Below are positions 21,992 to 33,242 of a stretch of DNA of 64,000 bases, one piece after another. A program made the translations under genes and the position numbers. Below the pieces are notes generated by a model, which searched no databases, was not told the DNA's origin, and saw only the letters and a list, made by a program, of their open reading frames with translations. The first letter of the stretch is position 1. The number at the start of each line of letters is the position of its first letter. The stretch covers positions 1,736,001 to 1,800,000 of the forward strand of contig AP024665.1 in the NCBI GenBank assembly GCA_024346625.1, read 5' to 3'. The DNA is from Williopsis jadinii (taxonomy: Eukaryota).

Positions 21992-23194
21992 ATGTCGAGC
22001 TCCAGACCACGTTCTTTCAGACTGCGGGAGCGTAATTCTTTAATCAGAGCTGCAAAGGCGACAGAGGCCTATCCCGGGTTGAACGACATAACAGATGCCT
22101 TTGAAGCGTTCCCTTCAGAGATTGTCAAGTATTTCACCCTCTATAAAGAGATTGATGCCAAATACATTGCACAGATCCCATTATTACACCATAAGATCGA
22201 TCAGTTCAAGAAGCAACCTAAAACAGAGGATAATTTATCCAAAAGAGTTAAATTGATCAAAGAAGTCAGTGAGTTGTTGACAAAGATGTTGCCCTGTATG
22301 GAGGAAAAGATGCACGTTGCTTCAATCGCTGCTGATAGATCTATCAAATATGTCGATCGTATCAATGATGACTTTGAACTCATTCTCAAGGGTGAAATTC
22401 CAGACTCGGTTCGTCTTGGACAGATTAACCATCCCGCCATTATCAACGATACCAAAATTCCAGAGATCAAGTCTGCCCAGACACAGAGAAGCGAGAGTAG
22501 AAGAGAGGCATTGGCAGCGAAGAAAGCTGCCAATGAAACAGATGGTGATGACACTGGAAATACCACCAACACTGCTACGACTTCCAACAGGGCAAAGAAC
22601 AGACGCGACAAGGACTCCAACGCCAACCCAAAGAAGCGTAAGGCTACAAGCAACAACGCCACCACTAGTCACAGCACTTCTACCACCACCAACAACAGCA
22701 ACAGTGGCAACAGCGTCATCAATAACAGTAATAGGAATAACAACGGTGCAAACAATACTCAAAACACCTCAAATGCTCATCCACTGGTGGCACCAGTACC
22801 AACAACTGTTCGTTCAACCTCCTCATTGTCCCAATCCACCACCCCGGCAAATGTCCACGATGCTCTCTCGTCTCGTCAAGCACAAGGATCTTCCTTGAAG
22901 GAGGAGGTGAATTCACGTCCAAGCACTCCTGCAAGTAAACGTCAACGTACTGCTTCGAAGAAGAAGCAAGAAGAAGAGGAGGAATTTTACATCGGTGAAG
23001 ATGGCCAAAAGCGCAATTCCCAAGGCGAACCTGTGTACTGCTATTGCAATCAAGTTTCATATGGTGAGATGGTTGGATGTGATGGTGAAGACTGTAAGAG
23101 AGAATGGTTTCACCTACCTTGTACGGGACTGGCAACTCTGCCTAGAGGAAAATGGTACTGTGACGAGTGTAAAGCTAAGAAGAACAGGAAATGA
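21992..23194 (+). CDS. PHO23: ING-family PHD-finger subunit of Rpd3L
   Basis: N-terminal [15 protein letters not shown]...EIDAK and C-terminal PHD ([16 protein letters not shown]...WFHLPC...WYCDEC); adjacent to RAS as in S. cerevisiae. Confidence 0.92.
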   Translation: MSSSRPRSFRLRERNSLIRAAKATEAYPGLNDITDAFEAFPSEIVKYFTLYKEIDAKYIAQIPLLHHKIDQFKKQPKTEDNLSKRVKLIKEVSELLTKMLPCMEEKMHVASIAADRSIKYVDRINDDFELILKGEIPDSVRLGQINHPAIINDTKIPEIKSAQTQRSESRREALAAKKAANETDGDDTGNTTNTATTSNRAKNRRDKDSNANPKKRKATSNNATTSHSTSTTTNNSNSGNSVINNSNRNNNGANNTQNTSNAHPLVAPVPTTVRSTSSLSQSTTPANVHDALSSRQAQGSSLKEEVNSRPSTPASKRQRTASKKKQEEEEEFYIGEDGQKRNSQGEPVYCYCNQVSYGEMVGCDGEDCKREWFHLPCTGLATLPRGKWYCDECKAKKNRK

Positions 23195-23661
23195 TGGCTT
23201 GTTTACTATATACAGATATCTCTATGATCACATGAAAGTGAACTAGAAGAAGGAGGGACCTTCGTCCTATTGAAACCATTCATTAGATAGAACAATCTTC
23301 ACAAGAAGAACGAACGAGGTTGTCTTTAGCACCTCTTGTACAGACTATTGTTATTGACTGTTCATTTACACGGTGGAGCTGTGGCACTTCACATCTTGAC
23401 AGGGGCGATCGATCATGGCTGAACAGTCTAGCACAGATTGATTCATACCTCTTGTTACAAAATGAAGGAACTGTATGTGCGGATGAGACAGATCTCTGGG
23501 CCTTACAAAGGGAACAATAACAACGATTAACTCAATTCAACGAGGTATTATGCTGTGCGAATGCTCAACTGCTCAAATATACACAAACTGTAAGAAATCG
23601 TACGACTGAGTATTGGAATACATGGGTTTGTTATGTATTTCCAGCTTTGCCTATATATGTC

Positions 23662-23698
<37 letters not shown>

Positions 23699-23734
23699 CG
23701 TTGTTTTCGTTTTTGTTTTCGCTTTCGCTTTCGC
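23662..23734. repeat. (TTTTCG)n microsatellite upstream of RAS
   Basis: About 12 perfect and degenerate hexamer units read directly. Confidence 0.9.
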
Positions 23735-24046
23735 TGCACAGCCTAATAAAGTAACTGGAATGTTTATCTCTACGAAAATTGTTACCCACAAGTTTCCCTA
23801 AACGGCTGGAATTTCGTGCAAATACGAACGTTTTTTCCCTTTCCCTTTGCTGCAAAAAGTTTATTTCCTTCAACACCATAGGCAAAATTCACACAAAAGG
23901 GGGACATCCCGGTAATCAAATACTTTTCACAACTTATTCTCTGTTTGAAGTTTTGATCAATTTGTTTTCTCACACTAAGAACTTGTGTTATTGATAAACT
24001 TCTGTATAATACAATTAGAAGAAAATATAATTGAGAAATAGGTATT

Positions 24047-24902
24047 ATGTCTAACGTGAGTTACAGTGTGGGCATTGTGGACGATGCCGCTCATTCTTGC
24101 AGCCATGACAACGAACAGTACTAACAACAGACCACACAATTGCAATAAGAACCATACCGTGAAGGAATACAAGCTAGTTGTTGTAGGTGGTGGTGGTGTT
24201 GGTAAGTCCGCGTTGACAATTCAATTCATCCAATCGCACTTCGTTGACGAATATGACCCAACTATCGAGGATTCTTATCGTAAGCAAGTTGCTATTGACA
24301 ACGAAGTCGCCCTTTTAGATATCCTGGACACCGCAGGACAAGAGGAATACAGTGCGATGAGAGAGCAGTACATGAGAACGGGAGAGGGTTTCTTACTGGT
24401 GTACTCTGTTATCGAGAGGGAGTCGTTTAACGAGTTGAGTACCTTTTATCAACAAATCTTGAGGGTGAAAGATACCGATGACGTTCCAATTGTACTAGTG
24501 GGAAACAAATCTGATTTAACGGAGGAAAGATCTGTCAGTTATGAAGAAGGTGAGAAACTGGCTAAACAGTTCAATTGTGAGTTCCTGGAGACTAGTGCCA
24601 AACAGGGGATAAACGTTGACCAGGCGTTCCACGACTTGGTGAGAAAGATCAGGGCCAAGAACGAATCCATCACCAATACAGTCTCCAGTAGACAATCTAG
24701 TACCTTGGGCAATGATAACAAGGCTGGCTTGAAACAGGATGCCCAAGGAACAGGTTCCAATGTTGGTGGAGGTGCAGGTCAAAGAGTTGGAGGCTCGTCG
24801 ACAACAGCCACTGGTGGTGACGCTGGCCAAAGGGCCAAACAACAGTCAAGTTCCAATGCACCAAAGACTGAAAGCTCTGGTGGATGTTGTATTATTATGT
24901 AA
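24047..24902 (+). CDS. RAS1: Ras GTPase (RAS1/RAS2 ortholog); probable join(24047..24055,24150..24902), alternative unspliced start at ATG 24105
   Basis: [34 protein letters not shown] and C-terminal CCIIM CAAX box. GTGAGT at 24056 and TACTAAC at 24119-24125; the acceptor is uncertain. Confidence 0.93.
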
Positions 24903-25045
24903 TTGAGGAAAAGAGAGGAAGGGAAAAGAAAGACCAACATGTATACATATTGACAATTCTACAGCTTTTTCGACGTACGTAATGAGTAATTCTGTCAAAG
25001 ATTGTTGTTTTTTTGTCTTGGTGTTCTTCATTCTATTAACAGCTC

Positions 25046-25435
25046 TCAATTAATGAAGTGATACACTATGAAATGTAGAATCAAAGAAGCAAAGATGTAG
25101 TCACCAATTGCCCTCTCTGGACTGATTCCAGGGAATATCTTTGAATTCGACTGAAGAGATTGTAATCTCAACGACACCGTCAGCACAAATTGTCCCACAG
25201 TGGATATGAACCCACCCAAGAAGGCATTGAACGGGAATGTACCAACAAGGATAACAAACACGAATTGTACCAACGCAACAACCACTAGGAACACCAGAAA
25301 GGTATCGACAAGCTTTAAACGTGGTGTCAGGTTTTCAAAATAGGACTTGTAGGAGACTTCAATAGCCTGCTGGAATTCAGACCATGACGATTCCTTCTTA
25401 GCACCTTTCGGTGGAGCAGCTACCGGCTTTGCCAT
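25046..25435 (-). CDS. OST2: Oligosaccharyltransferase epsilon subunit (DAD1 family)
   Basis: LKLVDTFL...GTFPFNAFLGGFISTVGQFVL...ISPERA...HFIN. Confidence 0.97.
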   Translation of the reverse strand: MAKPVAAPPKGAKKESSWSEFQQAIEVSYKSYFENLTPRLKLVDTFLVFLVVVALVQFVFVILVGTFPFNAFLGGFISTVGQFVLTVSLRLQSLQSNSKIFPGISPERAIGDYIFASLILHFIVYHFIN

Positions 25436-25729
25436 CTCTCTATTATCAATACAACGGGTATGCTATTCCGCCTGTGATAACACCTCTGTATTCACCTCAA
25501 TGTGGTGATTTTGAGATTCCGCAAAGGACAACGGGCGCCTGGTGCAAACACCCGGACACCAACGAGCGAAGGAAGGAAACAGACACGGAAAAATTCCGAT
25601 GGGGACGAGGGGGTCCGATCGGAATTTCTGTCTTTAGAAGGAGAAACGAATTTTGCTTTCAATGTTGGTGATCAAGAGCGGGTTTGCAATAAGAATAAAC
25701 AGAGAACTACACGGGCCTTTGAGGGAGAT

Positions 25730-26376
25730 ATGGAACCACAGACAGTGACGATAAGTAAGCCACCTCGTATGAGGATTGTTCCACCTTTGAACTTTTGTCC
25801 TGTTGAGAGACAGCTGTACAGGTCCGGACAGCCTTCAAAGATAAATTTTGAATTCTTGCAACAGTTACACCTCAAGACCATCGTATGGCTAGCGAGCGAA
25901 GATCCAATTGATGAATTCCTAGAGTTCGTCGAGGACGAAAAGATTGAATTACACTTTGCCGGTATAAATCCGGATGGTGGTGATAACAACCCGTGGGACG
26001 GGCTAACTGAGAGCAGTATAGGCCAAGCACTCGAAGTGATTGTGAACAAGGACAACTATCCGTTACTGGTCTGCTGCGGTATGGGCCGCCACAGAACTGG
26101 AACTGTGATTGGATGTCTCAGAAGATTACAAGGCTGGAACCTTGCGAGTGTGAGTGAGGAGTACAGGAGGTTCACTGGAAGTCGAGGTGGCCGTGTCCTC
26201 GTTGAGCTGTTGATCGAGGTGAGTACCGTCTACCCTTTGAGTTTTTGAAAATCTCCATTTTCTCCCTTCCCTCCTCCCTTTTGGAGAAAGAACCACACTA
26301 ACACGGAAATTAGGCCTTTGACAAGAGCACGATAACGGTGGATGAGTCAACTGCACCCGAATGGTTGTTGAAATGA
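25730..26376 (+). CDS. OCA1: Oca1 tyrosine-phosphatase-like protein; join(25730..26218,26314..26376)
   Basis: [18 protein letters not shown] and [16 protein letters not shown] 26219, CACTAAC 26296-26302, TAG 26311-26313; exon 2 [20 protein letters not shown] restores the Oca1-like C-terminus. Confidence 0.93.
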
Positions 26377-26846
26377 GTATGAAATCACCAGAGTTACATA
26401 CATACTACAGGGCTCACATAGGCGTGGTGTGCCTGCAAACGGGTGAGAAGAAAGGGAAAAAAAGTTTGCAAAAAGCGATCTCGGTGATTAAAACACCCTA
26501 CTTAGCATTTACATGTCCAATTTCCAACTCAAATGAGAACAGATACTCACTGTAAGTACGACAAGCTCGTCATAAAACCGACGTAAAATTAGCAATGGAG
26601 GCTCCCGGGTGAATGAGAGGGCAAAACACCCGCACACACATACTAATTCCGCACTGTTTGTTCTTTTCCCCAGATTTGGCAGTTCCGAGTTTTTCCGAGA
26701 GCCGTTTTTAAACTTTTTTTCCCTCTGTTCTTTTCTTCATATAAAGGGGGAGTTGTTCTTCCTTCTTCACCTTGGGCTTTTTATTCTGAGTACACACTTG
26801 CTCTTGTCGTCCCTTTCACAATTGAAGTCGATTACATTCAACAGAC

Positions 26847-27872
26847 ATGACCAAAGTTACTGTTCTTGGTGCAGCAGGTGGTATTGGCCAGCCTCTTTCC
26901 CTTTTGCTTAAGCTCTCTCCATACGTGGATGAGCTGTCTCTTTACGATATCAGATTGGCGCACGGTGTTGCTACAGACCTGTCACACATCAACTCCAGTG
27001 TGAAGGTGTCTGGATTTGAGCCAAAGGATAAGAACGACCAACAGGCCATCAAGCAGGCGTTGGCTGGGACTGACGTTGTTATCATTCCAGCTGGTGTTCC
27101 AAGAAAGCCGGGTATGACTCGTGATGATTTGTTCAACATCAACGCCGGTATCATCAAGTCATTGGCAAGTGCCATTGCAGAGACCGCACCAAACGCATTT
27201 GTTCTTGTCATTTCCAACCCTGTGAACTCCACTGTTCCAATCGTTGCAGAGACCTTCAAATCCTACGGTGTCTTCAACCCAAAGAGACTGTTTGGTGTCA
27301 CTACTTTGGACATTGTCAGAGCCAACACTTTCCTCAAGGAGTACGATTCATCATTGCAGGGCGTTGAGTCTGTCAAAGTTGACGTTATCGGTGGCCATTC
27401 GGGCGAAACCATCGTCCCAGTGTTCTCCACTTCAAACGCCAGAGACATCTTTGCAAAGCTCTCCACTGACCAGAAGAAGCAGCTTGTTCACAGAGTCCAA
27501 TTTGGTGGTGACGAGGTTGTCAAGGCTAAGAATGGTGCCGGCTCTGCTACTTTGAGTATGGCTTACAGTGGATACACATTCGCCGAGGCACTGCTCAGAG
27601 CCGTCAAGGGAGAACGCGGTGTTGTTGAGGACTCCTTTGTCTACTTGGATGCTTCAATCCCAGGTGCCTCTGAGGTCCGCTCCAAGACCGGCGTGGACTA
27701 CTTGTCCTTGCCTGTGGAGTTGGGTCCACAAGGTGCAGTTTCTGTGCAAGGTGGTATTCTTACACAGCTGGACACAGAGGAGCAGAGATTGTTTGCCATT
27801 GCAGTGAACACTTTGAAGAAGAACATTGTCAAAGGTGTTGCATTCGTGAACAAGGTGAAGGCAAAGTTGTGA
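26847..27872 (+). CDS. MDH3: Malate dehydrogenase with C-terminal PTS1 (AKL), probably peroxisomal
   Basis: [37 protein letters not shown] and GGHSGETI; no presequence; ends in -AKL. Confidence 0.85.
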   Translation: MTKVTVLGAAGGIGQPLSLLLKLSPYVDELSLYDIRLAHGVATDLSHINSSVKVSGFEPKDKNDQQAIKQALAGTDVVIIPAGVPRKPGMTRDDLFNINAGIIKSLASAIAETAPNAFVLVISNPVNSTVPIVAETFKSYGVFNPKRLFGVTTLDIVRANTFLKEYDSSLQGVESVKVDVIGGHSGETIVPVFSTSNARDIFAKLSTDQKKQLVHRVQFGGDEVVKAKNGAGSATLSMAYSGYTFAEALLRAVKGERGVVEDSFVYLDASIPGASEVRSKTGVDYLSLPVELGPQGAVSVQGGILTQLDTEEQRLFAIAVNTLKKNIVKGVAFVNKVKAKL

Positions 27873-27928
27873 TTCTCTGTGTATGTCTCATTCTAATGAA
27901 TTGTTTTGCTACGTACGCGCTGTGTAGT

Positions 27929-27969
27929 TCTGGCAGCTCTGGCAGCCCTGGCAGCTCTGGCAGCTCTGG
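27929..27969. repeat. 9-bp tandem repeat TCTGGCAGC x4.5
   Basis: Units start at 27929, 27938, 27947 (CCTGGCAGC) and 27956, with a partial unit at 27965. Confidence 0.95.
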
Positions 27970-28035
27970 TGGTCCTGTGCGTAGGCTGTAAACTCCGATC
28001 TTGGGGGTGAACACAGAGCACGGCAGGAGCACAGT

Positions 28036-28103
28036 GCTAGGCAGAGACGCTAGGCAGACAAGCCAGGCAGACACGCCAGGCAGACACGCCAGGCAGACAC
28101 GCC
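28036..28103. repeat. 13-bp minisatellite GCCAGGCAGACAC x5
   Basis: Units at 28036, 28049, 28062, 28075 and 28088; the last three are identical. Confidence 0.95.
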
Positions 28104-28858
28104 CCTCCCCCTCTCCGTCCCTCCTCCGCCGGACGCTCCCTTAGAGCATCTTTCCTGCCTACGGGGCAGCGGGGCAACGGTGGGCGCGTCTCCAAGGGCT
28201 AACAGGTGATTACCACTCTAAACCGGGGCATTGGACAACTGGACAACGCTCACACAGAGGAGGAAAACTCTTCACGTTGCCCGATTCATGAGCTCAAGGA
28301 AAAAGACCAATTGTTCTTATACAAACACGCTGTAGACAGATAAATAGAGTAACCTGGACAACAATCCCGTTTTATCATTATATCAGATTACCGTAGCAAT
28401 GACATCAGTAGACAGCAGGAAAAAAAAACACTCAGGGTCACGGACACCACAAGTTGGAGAGACGCATCCAAACACCATCGACAGATCCCCCCCCCCCCAG
28501 TGGTGGGCTCCTGTTTTTTTTCTGTTTTCGCTGCTCTCCAGAAATTTGTCCATCACACACAAAATTGGCGAAACGTTGTATACAGCAACAGCAGCACCAA
28601 CAACAGCAACAAGAAGGCTTTTATAAAGGGCGCTTAAGTATCAACGATTGAAACACATAACCAGGGCTGCTAGCGTGTTTCAGGTACCATTTACATCTGA
28701 AGAAGATACGAAAGGACAGTTGAAGGTAGGAGTTTGTTACCGCTGTGTACATTTAGTTCTACCCTTCAGGAAAAAAAACAAACAACTGACCCCCCCTGGA
28801 GAAAGGACGGGACAGAGAGACGACAACAGAAACAATTTGAAGATCACATATATATGAC

Positions 28859-29845
28859 ATGGAACAACCAAACCAACCAAGTGCCACATCTGGTCATCAC
28901 GGGTCTGTAAGTGCGACAGTTAAGGATTGCCACGATCATGACGTTACTGTTGAGTATGAGACTCCACAAAACATTGGGCATGGCTCATTTGGAACTGTTT
29001 CGAAATGCCAGCTGATTTCGCCAACGAATACCACAATCGCCATCAAACGTGTTCTCCAGGACAAGAGGTTCAAGAACAGAGAGCTACAGATCATGAAATC
29101 TTTGGACAATCCGAACGTCACCAGACTGTTCTATTACTCATACGATAACGATACCGCAACTAATTCTGCAAACAACTTGTATTTGAACCTGATTATGGAG
29201 TATTTACCAACCACGTTGTACAAGCGTAATCAATTCTTTACAATGAGGAAGCTGAACATGCCATTACAAGAGGTTCGAAACTACATGTTTCACATTCTGG
29301 GAGCGCTGGAGTACCTCCATTCCAGATCGATATGCCATAGAGACATCAAACCCCAAAACATCCTCGTTGATCACCAACAAGGTATAGCGAAGATCTGCGA
29401 CTTTGGATCTGCAAAGATCCTCTCACCAAGCGAGCAGAATGTCTCTTACATATGTTCTCGTTATTACAGAGCTCCGGAGTTGATCTTTGGTGCCACCAAC
29501 TATACCACAAAGATTGACATGTGGTCCACCGGGTGTGTCTTTGCAGAGCTACTTATAGGACAACCTCTGTTCCCGGGTGAAAGTGGTATTGACCAACTCG
29601 TGGAGATCATCAAGATTCTGGGAACACCAACAACCGATGACATAATGGCCATGAACAACAACTACATTGACCATAAATTCCCTCTCATCAAGAAGATCCC
29701 TCTCTCGAGGATCTTTAAGAACCTGAACAACGCAAACGACATCCACGTATTGAATTTCTTAGAAAAATTCCTGCTATTCAATCCAAATACGAGAGTCAGC
29801 GCTACAGAGGCATTACAGGACGGTTGGTTTGAAGGGTTAAAGTGA
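28859..29845 (+). CDS. RIM11: GSK-3 family Ser/Thr kinase (Rim11/Mrk1-like)
   Basis: GHGSFG, VLQDKRFKNREL, HRDIKPQN, DFGSAK, NVSYICSRYYRAPELIFG and LFPGESGIDQLVEIIK; the exact paralog is uncertain. Confidence 0.8.
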   Translation: MEQPNQPSATSGHHGSVSATVKDCHDHDVTVEYETPQNIGHGSFGTVSKCQLISPTNTTIAIKRVLQDKRFKNRELQIMKSLDNPNVTRLFYYSYDNDTATNSANNLYLNLIMEYLPTTLYKRNQFFTMRKLNMPLQEVRNYMFHILGALEYLHSRSICHRDIKPQNILVDHQQGIAKICDFGSAKILSPSEQNVSYICSRYYRAPELIFGATNYTTKIDMWSTGCVFAELLIGQPLFPGESGIDQLVEIIKILGTPTTDDIMAMNNNYIDHKFPLIKKIPLSRIFKNLNNANDIHVLNFLEKFLLFNPNTRVSATEALQDGWFEGLK

Positions 29846-30269
29846 TGAGTGCTTTGTATTTGTTCTCCCGACTCGTTGACGTTTCAACATGACCGGTCTT
29901 ACTGACCCTTGTTATAATATTACTATACAGTATAACGTACTTGCGATTTAACGCCTCTGTTGTAGCCAAACACTGTTGCACTCCTCGAGAAAGCTTTGTA
30001 TTAGAGGCCTTGGTGATGATACATCCAGACACCCAAACACCTGGACACCCAATCATTCACCCCACCCCACAACGACAACGAAGAATGAAAAACGTTGGAA
30101 ACCGCAACCGAAATTGACTAAGAAGGAAAAATTAAAAAAACCACAAAAGTGAAAAAAAAAACCCGCTGAGGTCCGTCGCCCGTCAACTTCAACTTCAACA
30201 AGACACAAAAACAAATACAAACAGCTTCTCAAAACCCATCGAACAAGGGTAAACAAACAGAAGAAGAAG

Positions 30270-32072
30270 ATGTCCGATCAACCAGTTTCTTTCTTTAAGA
30301 AGCATCAAGTTGCCATTGCCGCTACTGTTGGTGTTGCCGCCTCTGCTGCTGCTGCTTACTATGTTCTTCAGCAGACAAAGAGCTCTTCGACATCACAGGC
30401 CAGTGGTGATTCCCACGTGAAGAAGTCCAAGAAGAAGCACAAAAAGTCCTCCAAGAAGGCCAAGAAGGCGTATCCAGTTGATGAGTCTGGTGATCCTTCA
30501 GTGACCAAGGAATACGCCGATTCTTTGACTGAAGAACAGAAGGATTCGATTGCGCTGGCGTTGAAAGAGGACGGTAATGAGTATTTCAAGAACAAGGAGT
30601 TTGAACAGGCTGTGAAGTACTACACCGCTGCCATTGCTTTGAAAGAGGACCCTGCCTTCTACTCTAACAGATCTGCTTGCTATATTGCTCTGAAGGACTT
30701 TGAAAAAGTGATTGAGGACACTTCCACTGCCTTGAAGTTGAAGCCTGACTATACCAAGTGTATGTTGAGAAGAGCCACTGCTTACGAGCAGCTGGGCAAG
30801 TACGAAGAGGCAATGTTTGATTTGACTGCTGCTACCATTTATGGTGGGTTTAACACTAAGCCAACCGAACAATCCCTCGAACGCATCTTGAAGACTTACT
30901 CTTATGAACTCGTTGCTGACAAGTTGAAGAACAGAGTTCCTCAATTGCCAACAGCCTCTGCAATTGCCTCATTCTTTGCTGGTTATTCCGAGGACCAGCT
31001 CTTTGATGGATTGCCAAAGTCCACTGATGGTTTGGATCCAAGCTCCGCTGAATTCTTCCTCGTTTCTGCTGTAAAGAAGATCTGTGAAAGATCTTATACA
31101 GGTTACGAAGAGGCAGACTCCTTCATCCAACAGGCGCTCTCTGTTTATGAAGCTACAGAGGATAAGTCTTCCGAAGAATTCAAGAGTGGATATTCTCTTG
31201 CGCTGGAATACTCCTGTATCTTTGACTTTTTGAAGTCTGATCCTTTGAAGGCATTGGAGGAGATTGAGAAGGCATTGTCCTTGCACCCAAGAGCCAGATC
31301 ATACGTGTTTAAGGCAATGATCTACGCTGACAGACAAGACGTTTCTGATGCTGAAAAATGTTTCGAATCCGCATTGGAATTGCAACCTGCAGCTTCAGAT
31401 ATCTATTACCAAAGAGGTCAGATGTACTACTTGTTCAGTCAGTTGGATAAGGCAGAAGAAGATTTCAAGAAGGCTAAGGAGTTGGACCCAAAGAACATGT
31501 ATGCTTATATCCAATTGGCTTGTATTCAATACAGAAAGGAGGACTTTGCTGGTTCTGAAAAGGCATTCCAAGAGGCTAAGAAGTTGTTCCCAACTTCTCC
31601 AGAAATTCCGAACTATTATGGTGAAATCTTGGCTGATAGAGGTGAGTTTGACAAGGCTGTTGAGCAATTCATCATTTCTCACAAGTTGGAAGACGCTTTG
31701 CCAAAGATCTCTGTCGGTGTTACTCCATTGGTGAACCAAGCTGCTCTTGTTGCAAGACAACCAACTTCAGAAGGTTTATTAGGCGCAATTGAGCTCCTGG
31801 AGAAAGCCACTGATATCGATCCAAAGTCAGAGTTGGCAAAGATAACTTTGGCTCAGTTGAAGTTGCAAGTTGGCAAGACTGAAGATGCTATCAAACTCTT
31901 TGAAGAGGCTTCTAACTTGGCCAGATCTCTAGATGAGAAAATACAGGCCACCTCATTTGCCGAGGCTTCGAAGATTCAAGTTAAAATCCACACAGATCCA
32001 GTCTTGGGTGCGAAGATTAAGGAAATGATAGAACAACATGGTGGTCCTCAAGCCCTTGGAATGATGGGTTAA
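30270..32072 (+). CDS. TOM70: Mitochondrial import receptor, TPR protein
   Basis: N-terminal anchor followed by a Lys-rich stretch, ALKEDGNEYFK, FYSNRSACY, multiple TPRs and C-terminal QATSFAEASKIQ. Confidence 0.96.
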   Translation: MSDQPVSFFKKHQVAIAATVGVAASAAAAYYVLQQTKSSSTSQASGDSHVKKSKKKHKKSSKKAKKAYPVDESGDPSVTKEYADSLTEEQKDSIALALKEDGNEYFKNKEFEQAVKYYTAAIALKEDPAFYSNRSACYIALKDFEKVIEDTSTALKLKPDYTKCMLRRATAYEQLGKYEEAMFDLTAATIYGGFNTKPTEQSLERILKTYSYELVADKLKNRVPQLPTASAIASFFAGYSEDQLFDGLPKSTDGLDPSSAEFFLVSAVKKICERSYTGYEEADSFIQQALSVYEATEDKSSEEFKSGYSLALEYSCIFDFLKSDPLKALEEIEKALSLHPRARSYVFKAMIYADRQDVSDAEKCFESALELQPAASDIYYQRGQMYYLFSQLDKAEEDFKKAKELDPKNMYAYIQLACIQYRKEDFAGSEKAFQEAKKLFPTSPEIPNYYGEILADRGEFDKAVEQFIISHKLEDALPKISVGVTPLVNQAALVARQPTSEGLLGAIELLEKATDIDPKSELAKITLAQLKLQVGKTEDAIKLFEEASNLARSLDEKIQATSFAEASKIQVKIHTDPVLGAKIKEMIEQHGGPQALGMMG

Positions 32073-32264
32073 ACAAATTTACATGTCAAATTCTCTCTCT
32101 TGTATATATTACAATGTCGACATCATTGATTTTGGAATATGAAACAAAAAAAAAAAATGAATTGAACCACGTCTTTCCTTTACATTAACACTACCTGTAG
32201 CTAGTTAAATGTTCTTATTACAAATAATGTACGTATTGTGTAACTAAAGGTCAGATTATGATCA

Positions 32265-32941
32265 TTAGCAGTTACAAGCGTTCGCAGAGGTGGCGCTGTC
32301 ATTCTGAATGTTTAACTGGACGTTACCTGAACCTTCCTGTGTTTCACCGTTAGCTTCATCTACACTTGGGATCTTTGAGCCCAGTGCTATGAACACCTCC
32401 TTAACGTTCAGTCCTGATTTGGCACTCGTTTCGAAGAAGACCAAGTTCTCCTCCTGTGCTAATTGCTCACCCTCTTCCTTCGCAACCTTACGATTCTGTT
32501 CATTACCTTCCCCTTCAACTAAATCACATTTGTTTCCAACCAGTGCAATTATGATATTTGGACTGGCCTGCTCGTGTAACTCCTTTACCCAATGTCTTGC
32601 CTTGATGAATGAAGCAGGTTTGGTAACGTCATAAACAACAAGGGCACATTGGGCATTACGGTAGTACATGGGAGCTAATGAGGCAAATCTCTCTTGTCCA
32701 GCTGTATCCCAAATTTCAAATTTTATCGTTTGATCTCCAATGACACAACGTTGCGTTAGGAAAGCAGCACCAATAGTAGGTTCTAATCACTGTTAGTACA
32801 TGATCAGATGGCAATGTTCTGAGTAAACTCACCTTTATTCTCTTGAAAGTCATTGCTCACGAAACGAAGAACAAGCGACGATTTACCCACCGCTGCTTCC
32901 CCAAGCAGAACAAGCTTCACTGCAGTGATTGGTCTGGACAT
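32265..32941 (-). CDS. VPS21: Rab5-family GTPase; complement(join(32265..32782,32833..32941))
   Basis: Exon 1 [36 protein letters not shown]; 50-nt intron with GTGAGT, TACTAAC and TAG on the minus strand; then [17 protein letters not shown] and C-terminal CNC. Adjacent to PTC5 as in S. cerevisiae. Confidence 0.93.
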
Positions 32942-33063
32942 TTTGTATAAGACGTAATCCAAACCTTCAATGAATCCAATGGAAAACTTCCACGTTGAAT
33001 AACTGAGAGTACGGTGTATCTCTAATAAAAAGTTCTCTGTGCAAAAAGGGGCGTTATCTCAAC

Positions 33064-33127
33064 ACACCTGGACACCAATACACCTGGACATCAATACATC
33101 CGAACACTAACCCACCCGGACACCTCA
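33064..33127. repeat. Four degenerate 16-bp units (eight 8-bp phased ACAYC half-sites), Rap1-site/telomere-like array
   Basis: acacctgg|acaccaat|acacctgg|acatcaat|acatccga|acactaac|ccacccgg|acacctca. Confidence 0.8.
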
Positions 33128-33242
33128 GCTCTACTGATCAACCGGCGCATTTGTATACGAATATCTGAGTCAATTAGTACTTGTTATATATATGTAACGT
33201 GTGTGGGTGTGTATATTTGCTAGTGACTGGAGTAAATACCAT

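Noticed and set aside
28720..28830. 5' UTR intron in the GSK-3 gene (GTAGGA...AACTGAC...AG)
   Set aside because: Donor and branch point both deviate from the consensus seen in the eight supported introns.
33064..33127. Repeat arrays (also 28036-28103 and 61990-62080) as CRISPR
   Set aside because: Eukaryotic context, no unique spacers and no cas genes.
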